NCBI GenBank assembly: GCA_963812985.1
Contig: CAWEXI010000002.1
Span: 90,880 to 154,879, forward strand
Direction of reading: 5' to 3'
Length of the DNA stretch: 64,000 nucleotides
From: an uncultured Verrucomicrobiae bacterium
Lineage (GTDB): Bacteria; Verrucomicrobiota; Verrucomicrobiia; Methylacidiphilales; UBA1321
Part shown: positions 56,815 to 64,000 of the stretch, piece after piece
How positions within the stretch are numbered: position 1 is the stretch's first letter
Layout: each line of letters opens with the position of its first letter
Made by a program: the position numbers and the translations under genes
The notes under the pieces: generated by a model
What the model was told of the DNA's origin: nothing
The model's database searches: none
What the model saw: the letters and a program-made list of their open reading frames with translations, nothing else

Positions 56815-59382
56815 TTACGGAACGGGCACCGGCGCGTACCCGGCACGCCCGGTCAGAATATCCGCGGTATTGGTGACCTCCGGCGGATTGAGGAGTTCTC
56901 CATCGTTACGATAGATATTAGCCGTAACAAAGATGAGAAGGTTCCTTTTCGTGTTGGTAATGGCCTTGGACTGAAAGAGGCGGCCAATCAAGGGCAAATC
57001 TCCCAGGAGCGGGACCTTGTCGTTGACGTTTTGGATGTCGTCCCGGATCAAACCTCCCAAGACCACGGTGGATCCGTCACGAATCAGCACTTTGGTGTTG
57101 ATTCTCCGAGTATTGAAAACAGGCTGGTTGATATCGTTCGGAGAGAGCAGCACGGCGGGGATGCCTTCTGCCGGACTAGGAACAAAAATCGCGCTGCCAT
57201 AATTAATAAAGCCCTCGAAATCGGTTACTTCAGGAAAGAGTGAAAGGTCAACGGTCTTATTGTCTGAAGTGACCTGCGGCTTGACCACCAGGCGGACGCC
57301 GACGTTCCGCCGTTTAAAATCGGTTGGAGTCGTGGCGATGACCACGGGAGGAGTGAAGGTGTCGACCGTCGTTGTGGTTATGGTCGTGCCCACCGTGGTC
57401 TGTGCGACCAACTGGGGCGGATCGAATGAAATGGGATAAGGGAAGACCCGGACCGCTTCAAGCACGCCCTGTTCACCGCTTTTCGTCAAAACGGCGGGCT
57501 CTGAAAGCAGATCAGCACTCTTTTTCTGAGAAAGGGCCGTAAGAACGATATTAAACTGGGCCTGATCGATAAAGCCACGCAATGCAAGGGTATTGAACGA
57601 GTTGAGCCCAACCGGCGCGGGAGTGATGAGCTGATCGACACTATCCGGCGTAAACCCGATTGAACCGGGCAAACCGGTAACGAACTGAGGCGTCGTTGAA
57701 ACCCCTATTCCAGCCAAGGTCGTGCTTCTCACGCCGACGATGTTGAAACCCATGTTAACGGTCAGGTCGTTAAGGTCGGTCTGGTTAATTTCGACAAACT
57801 TGGTTGCAATACGCACCATGAGCGTGGGTGCCTGCCCCGCGTTGACCAGTTCCTCGAGCAACTCCATCTGGTCGGCGGTGTCGACGACGGTGAGTTGGCC
57901 AGTGGTCGGCGTATAGACTGCACTCGCACCGGGCGGAAATTTGACTCCCTTGGCGATTAGAGCCTGGCGAACGATATCCCCGGCGCCTTCCTCAGGCGCG
58001 GCAGCCTCACCCGTCGCGGGAGCAGGCAGGGGCCGGGCCCCCCCAGTCAGAGCAGCAGTCGCGCTTTCAATCGTGCCGACTGCGGCCGGAGGCGCGACAA
58101 AGTTCGGCTGGACGATGAAGGTGCGGCTGATCAGATCATCGGTATTCTGGGTGAAAGGCACGATGGAGATGGCGAACTCCTGCACCTTAAATTTGACATT
58201 GGCGAGCTGGCAGACATAGCGCAGGGCTTCGCCCAAGGGCACATTGTTCAGGGTCAGGGTGACCGGTTTGGCGGTCGTTGAGGCTTCAGGTTGGATGACG
58301 AAGTTGACGCCCTTATGTTCGGGATCGAGACGCTTGCTTTCGACGCTAAGAAAGTTGGTCGCCTCCTCGATGGTGGCATTATTGAAATCGAGCGAGAGGA
58401 AGATGTCCTTAAGCTTTTGATCCAGACCAAAGCTGATATCGCGCACGATCGTCGGCTGGCCTTCTTGCGCGGAGGCCGAGGTCCCTTTATTGGTGATCGG
58501 CTGATACCATGTCTCCTCAACCTGCCGCAGCCTTTCATCGCGTGTTTCAAGGCGGGCCTGCTCGTCGTATTGAAGTTTTTCGGCGTCGATCCGCTCGAGC
58601 TGCTTGGTGGCGGCGATGTTGTAGGGATCAATGCCCAGGATACGCTTGAGCCGGGCGTCCGCCTCATCCCACTGTCCGGTACGGCGAAATTGTTCGGCTT
58701 CGGCGAAAAGCTGCTGGACCTCGTTGACCTTATTGACGAAGCCCGGTGTCACCGCCGGATTGCCAAGTTGCGAGGTGTCGTTGGGATTGGCGATTTCAAG
58801 CTGGATGGCGGCAAGCTTTTCGTTGGCCAGCTTGTTATTGGGATTGTACTTGATGACTTCCTCCATCAAATGCTTGGCTCGTGCTGTATCGCCGATTTTG
58901 AGAGCGTCATCGTAAAGCTGGAAGTCGACGCGGGTCAGGCCCTCGGCTGCCGCGGCATAAGTGCCGGTGGAGCGGGAGATGGAACCATATGCTTCCGTCG
59001 AGAAAAGATAATCTTTCCGGGCTTCGGGATAATCCATCGCTAATTCGGCTTTGCGGGCATCCCTTAACGATTCGTCGGCGCGGTAAATCAATTCCTGGCG
59101 GCGGATGATTTCCTCCTGTCGGACGCGCGTAATCTCACGCGGACTGAGGTTTGACGTCGTCGTCCTAGTGGTGGTTTTCGTTGTCGTCGCGGTCGTTGCC
59201 GGGGTGGAAGGCGCGACGGCGGGAGCATTGTCAGGAGGCGGAGTAAGCAGTCCGGAAGGCTGGTTGGTCGGAACCGGACTCGATGGGGCGGCCTGTTCTC
59301 CCGCGGCAGTTTCCTGTGCGGTCAATCGCAATTGTCCCACGACCAAAAGAAGGACCGCCAGATAAAAAGAGAGTTGTTTCAT
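56815..59382 (-). CDS. Amuc_1098-like secretin, copy B (intact)
   Basis: Signal peptide, TPR region, VKFPPGASA, DFKRRNVGVRLVVKPQV, DFEGFINYG, DKVPLLGDLPLIGRLF..NLLIFVTA. Confidence 0.88.
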   Translation of the reverse strand: MKQLSFYLAVLLLVVGQLRLTAQETAAGEQAAPSSPVPTNQPSGLLTPPPDNAPAVAPSTPATTATTTKTTTRTTTSNLSPREITRVRQEEIIRRQELIYRADESLRDARKAELAMDYPEARKDYLFSTEAYGSISRSTGTYAAAAEGLTRVDFQLYDDALKIGDTARAKHLMEEVIKYNPNNKLANEKLAAIQLEIANPNDTSQLGNPAVTPGFVNKVNEVQQLFAEAEQFRRTGQWDEADARLKRILGIDPYNIAATKQLERIDAEKLQYDEQARLETRDERLRQVEETWYQPITNKGTSASAQEGQPTIVRDISFGLDQKLKDIFLSLDFNNATIEEATNFLSVESKRLDPEHKGVNFVIQPEASTTAKPVTLTLNNVPLGEALRYVCQLANVKFKVQEFAISIVPFTQNTDDLISRTFIVQPNFVAPPAAVGTIESATAALTGGARPLPAPATGEAAAPEEGAGDIVRQALIAKGVKFPPGASAVYTPTTGQLTVVDTADQMELLEELVNAGQAPTLMVRIATKFVEINQTDLNDLTVNMGFNIVGVRSTTLAGIGVSTTPQFVTGLPGSIGFTPDSVDQLITPAPVGLNSFNTLALRGFIDQAQFNIVLTALSQKKSADLLSEPAVLTKSGEQGVLEAVRVFPYPISFDPPQLVAQTTVGTTITTTTVDTFTPPVVIATTPTDFKRRNVGVRLVVKPQVTSDNKTVDLSLFPEVTDFEGFINYGSAIFVPSPAEGIPAVLLSPNDINQPVFNTRRINTKVLIRDGSTVVLGGLIRDDIQNVNDKVPLLGDLPLIGRLFQSKAITNTKRNLLIFVTANIYRNDGELLNPPEVTNTADILTGRAGYAPVPVP

Positions 59383-59414
59383 GGATCGGATCAGGACGGA
59401 AGAAATGGCATTGG

Positions 59415-62009
59415 TCATGAATTCGGCGTTTCCTGCGGCAGCGGCGGCAGCGTCCCGCCCGGGCCAATTTGTTGATCGGGTTCGGGCAGCGCCTCCTCTT
59501 CCGGTTCGGCTTCAAGCGTCTTGACATACTGGGGCTTGCCGTTGGAACGAATCAGCCGTGCCGTGATAAAGAAAATAAGTTCCTTTTTGGTGCGCTCGGT
59601 GACCTTGCTCTGGAACAGACGGCCGAACAGCGGCAGGTCGCCCAAGACAGGAACCTTATCATTGATTTCCTGAGTATCTTCATTGCATGAGCCCGCCGAG
59701 AACGGCCGTCTGGCCGTCAAGCACCTGAAGATTGGTGACCATGGAGCGCAGATTGAAGACCGGCTGGTTGATCGTGCCAGCGGTGACGATCGTTCCGGCG
59801 CCAATAGTCGGAATCCGCAACTGTCTTCAATGGGAACGCCATAATCGATGAAGCCATCGAAGTCCAGAACCTGCGCCTTGGTGATGTCGAGATCGATGCG
59901 TTGATCGGGATAGGTGGTGGGCTTGACTTCAAGGCTGACGCCGACGTCCTGCGTCACAAATTCACGGGGCGTGGGCGGGATGGCCAGAACCAGGGGTAAG
60001 TTTGCACCGGGGCCGGACGAATAAGCCAGATTCGAGTTGTTGCTCAGCTTGGGCTTTTCAAAGCTGGTCGGATAGGGGAACTCGCGGACGATATCGATAT
60101 TGGCCTTGAGGCCGTTCTGGGTCGTGACGCTGGGAGCGGAAAGGAGCGAGACGCCCTGAAGATTATTGATGGCTTCGATGATTGCGGCCAACCCGGTGTT
60201 ATCGATGACGCCGCCCAGTTGTAATACGTTTGGCGTATTGTTGGCTACCGAGCTGTTCCGTAATACGGTTACCCCGTAAAGGTGGACGAGGATTCACCGG
60301 CGTCACCCCCCCGGACGAGGCTGCATTTTGACTGATCAGTTGCGCTAATACCATTGGGCGTCAACCCTCCAAGCGCGAAGTCGGTCGTGGGATAGTCCGA
60401 CGTGCGCAGGCCAGTATGAGAGGGTCGATTGGCCGAGTGTCCGATGCCGACGATATAGTTAAAGGAAAGAGCCTTGATGGCGTCCTGGTTGAACTCGGCG
60501 AGCTTGGCTTCGATCTGGACCTGCGGGGTTTCCTTGCTGAGCTGCTCGATCAGGTTGGCGATCAGGTCCAGCTGCTCCGGCGTGTCGCGCACGACGAGCT
60601 TGCTGGAACCGGGCAGGAAGATGGCCGAGGCGCCGGCGGGGAAGCGGATGCCCTTGTCGGTGAGCGACTGCTGGGCATCGACGCTGACGCTCTCCACCGT
60701 GCGTCGGCGTGCAGTCAGTCGTTGGCGCCAGCGTCACCTGCAGCGTGGAGCCCTCAAAGAAATTCGGCGGAACCAGGAAGGTGCGGACCGTCAGCGTTTC
60801 ACCCTCATCGATGGAAGGACGCAGGTAGACGGCATAATCCTCGACCGAATATTGGAGATTGGTCTGCGAGATGATGTAACCGAGAACATCGGAAAGCGGA
60901 ACATTCGTCCAGAGTGATGCTGACTTCGCGGTGAATGGCGTGATGCGGCCGGAGCCGCAGGCGGTGGCGTCCGCAGGAGCTGCGCCGGCAGCGCCGGCGA
61001 GCAGCGGCGCCGTGGCGTCCGGCGGCGGCGCGGACGTATCCGAGTTCAGGCGCAGGACGAAGTTGATACCCTGGTGGTCGGGATCGAGCTCCTTGCTCTT
61101 CTGCTGAAGAAATTGGATGACGGCGGCGATATCCAGTTTTTCGAAGTTAACCTTGTCGATGATGATCGACTGGAGCTTGCGGGTGATATTGGCGCGATTG
61201 GAAGGCCCGACAACCGGACCTTCGGTCGCAGGCCCTTGCTACGATGTCAGGCGAAATTGCCTCTGCCCAGTCATGGTCGACATGCTCCATGGCTGGCCTG
61301 CTCGTACTCCTCGTGGCGGAAGCCGTCCGCCCGTTCGCGGTAGCGCTCGATGTGCGCCATCTTATCGCGCGCCGCCTTGTTATACGGATCGAGAATCAGG
61401 ATCTTGGAATAGGTCTCCTCGGACTTGTCGAACTGGCCCGTCCGAAAATAGGCGTCTCCCTGGAAAAGGAGCTTTTGCACGGTGGCGACCCGATCCTTGA
61501 ACTCGTCGGTCACAGCCGGATTGTTGATCGTGCCTTCGGGATCGCGTACTTGCTCCTCGTAAGCGACCTGCTGTTTCTTCAGATCCTCGAAGATCCGCCG
61601 TGATAGACCGGATTATCTGGCTGAAGGGCAATGCACTGCTGAAGCGAGTGGCAGCCTGGGCAAATTTGTAGTCCTTGGCGAGCGCCTGGGCCTGCCCCGC
61701 CTTGGCGGCGGCCAGACCGGCTTCAGCACGGTCATAGGAAGTGGCCGCGACGCCACCGGGCGTCAGGTTGTCGAGAGCAAACTGGAACCGCTTGGCCGCT
61801 TCGTCGTAATTGCCACTGCCGAGAAAACGCTGGCCATCAGAAATGGCCTGATTGGCGCTGACCATCAGTTGCTGCCGGTCAAGCGCTTCAACATGAGCGG
61901 GTTGATTGTCGTTGTTGTCGGTCGTGCGTCGTTCTGCGGCGGAAAGCCAGAGTGGAGACAATGGCAAAAGCGAGGCAGCCAGCAGAAAGCATGCTTGGTT
62001 AAGTTTCAT
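59415..62009 (-). CDS. Amuc_1098-like secretin, copy A (indels)
   Basis: Signal peptide, TPRs (ILILDPYNKAA), GIRFPAGASA, LLSAPSVTT, DFDGFIDYG, DKVPVLGDLPLFGRLF. Confidence 0.85.
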
Positions 62010-62075
62010 TCGTAAGGCCTCCGAGTTAAAGGTTTTTATGTAAAAATGAATTAAGAGTCAAGTGCCGAAAGTGAG

Positions 62076-63162
62076 TTAGGGCGATTTCTGTGCACTTCCT
62101 GGCTGGGAACTTCATTCCATTCGGCCGGGTCTAATTTCGAGAATCTTATAATCCTGATTGCGTCTTCGATGTCGCGAATCATCGCGCCGATCGTCCGCCT
62201 CGATAAAGCGATATGAGGCATCCGGCAGATAGGGAACGGTAAAAATCTTTCCCCGTGAAATTTTGATGACCTTGTCGACTTCGGTCGGCATGAGCATGAC
62301 GAAATCGGCGGTGACTTCGGGCGAATCGATTTCCTTGCGGAAGGGAACGATGACCTTTATGCCCGATGTCGGGCTTGTCGAGTTCGAGGGTCGATACGTC
62401 CGTACTAGACGTCGAGTGTGTCCCGGATCGACCTCGTCCTTGAAGATTCTGATGGAAGGCGCCGATGATGTAGCCTTCGAATCCGAGCTGGTCCCCGGTC
62501 TTTTTCAGCGGCGGCTGGTTATAGCTCGGAACGTCGTTGAGATGGAGCTGGAAGACGTAGACGCCGTTGAGCTGCTTGTAGCCCTTGAACTGGATGTGGA
62601 AGGGCCGCAGCTCATATTTCTGCAGGCGAAGGCGCGCGAGATAATCGGGGTGGCTCTTGGGATCGAGCGGGTTGGTCGATTTGGAGCCGTCGCAGTCGGA
62701 CGGCCTTTTGCCGCGTACCCGACCGGATCGTTCTTGAACTCGACAATGTTGGAAAAGCCGTCGTTGTCGGGATCTTCGCGGTCGACATTCGGATCGGTAA
62801 AGTCGAGGCCGTATTTGCGATACCAGCTCAGCAGAACGCCGCTGGGGGAACGGGTGTTGGTCATTCTTCTTGATATAATCCCCGGCCGGATAAGCCGAGG
62901 GATAAAAGAGATACTCGTCGGAATCGAACAGGCGGCGGTGATTTGCCGGCTCCTGCCACAAGACGTGGCGATTTCCCAGACGGCCAGACTCGCTTGCGAT
63001 GTCATCGGCCTTGAGCTGACGGCACTGTGTCCGCTTGGCTGCGACGCTCTTGATGCCGGTGATATCCTCCACCGAGGGAAAAAAGTAGGCGAGCATCCCC
63101 GCGCCCAAGGCCAGCAGGAAGAGGGCGACAGCCAGGATGATGGGTTCGGGCGACTTGTTCAT
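62076..63162 (-). CDS. Amuc_1099-like pilus-system protein (indels)
   Basis: N-terminal TM; WYRKYGLD..DPDNDGFSNIVEF..TNPLDPKSHP; upstream of the secretins. Confidence 0.72.
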
Positions 63163-64000
63163 CAGGGGGAAAGTGGTTTGGGTGATTTGCCAATGTTGGA
63201 AACGTCGGCTTTCCATTCGATCATATCGACCCGGAGCATCGACCTTGAGTGTCGCGTCGCCGAAAAGAAATTGCGGGCCCCTTTGTCGAAGAGGTGTCCG
63301 CAACTTCGCCTGGAGAGCTGTTGACTACGGACGGATCGGGGGGCGTTCCGGCGATTTTATCGAGGTCGGCGATCTGCGGCGAACTGGGCTTGGTACTCTC
63401 AACTGTGACACTGCGGACGACGAAAAGATAGGGTGACTGGATGAGGCCATCGATTACGGCGCGCAGGTTTTCCGGGCTGGTCTCGAAATCGATCTCGAAC
63501 GGATAGGCGGTGTAGACATTTCCCGGCGCGTCAATCGAATAGCCGGCGAGTTGGTCCGACGAGTCATTCGCCGTAGTGTTATTATCGCCGGCACTGGCAT
63601 GAGGATCTTCCTCATAGGTGCGTCGAATCCGCTGGATGCCTTTAACCGGGGCATTGATCAGAATGTTGGCGATTTCTTCAACGCCAACGAGTTGCTTGCT
63701 CAGGACGGCCGTTTGCTCGTCGCCGGGTTTTGGTTGAGGTAGCGGGAAAAGCCGAAGTAGAAGTTAGGCGGCAGCGCCACGAGATGATTTTTAGCCGCGT
63801 TAGTGAGGCGCATGCACCTCGTCATCGAGATCGTGCTTCCAAGCCACGGGATCTTCCTTGTCGATGGAACCGAAGCTTGTTTTCCTTCGGTCTAGAGTTT
63901 GGCCTGGATGAGCGGGTCGAGCTGCGTCTTGAGCACGTCGATATTGTCCTGCGAGGATTTTTCCATCCGTCGAACTGACGACGATGTCTCCCTTGGTCGA
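63162..64000 (-). CDS. Amuc_1100-like pilus-associated protein (5' partial; indels)
   Basis: LPPNFYFGFSRY, LSKQLVGVEEIANILINA..IRR, YPFEIDF..LFVVRSV; position in the cluster. Confidence 0.65.

Overview
Mostly housekeeping DNA from a Verrucomicrobiota bacterium, probably a long-read or metagenomic consensus. The assignment rests on the PVC-signature small basic protein and an Amuc_1098/1099/1100-like pilus cluster. Core content: tig-clpP-clpX, thrS-infC-rpmI-rplT, folK-panB, xseB, hopanoid hpnC plus an apparent hpnD-hpnE fusion, a mutarotase/GH3/opgG/opgH glucan locus, rpoZ, tolA-tolB-pal, ilvE, mcsA, dksA-rpsR-rpmB, thiG, argH and two hybrid histidine kinases. About 20.2-52.2 kb and 59.4-64 kb are dense with single-base indels, even in conserved housekeeping genes, so I treat these as sequencing or consensus errors. 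Gene bounds there were reconstructed by eye and are approximate. Best leads: two tandem Amuc_1098-like secretins; the in-frame HpnD-HpnE fusion; a DUF6036-like nucleotidyltransferase plus unknown partner coupled to thiG; a transposase-less one-gene cassette with terminal inverted repeats (TIRs) beside an unannotated excisionase-like ORF; a structured 273-bp MITE splitting a ParE toxin gene; a possibly split OpgH; and an ATC start for infC. No rRNA, tRNA or CRISPR array was seen. All family calls come from motif recognition, not database searches.
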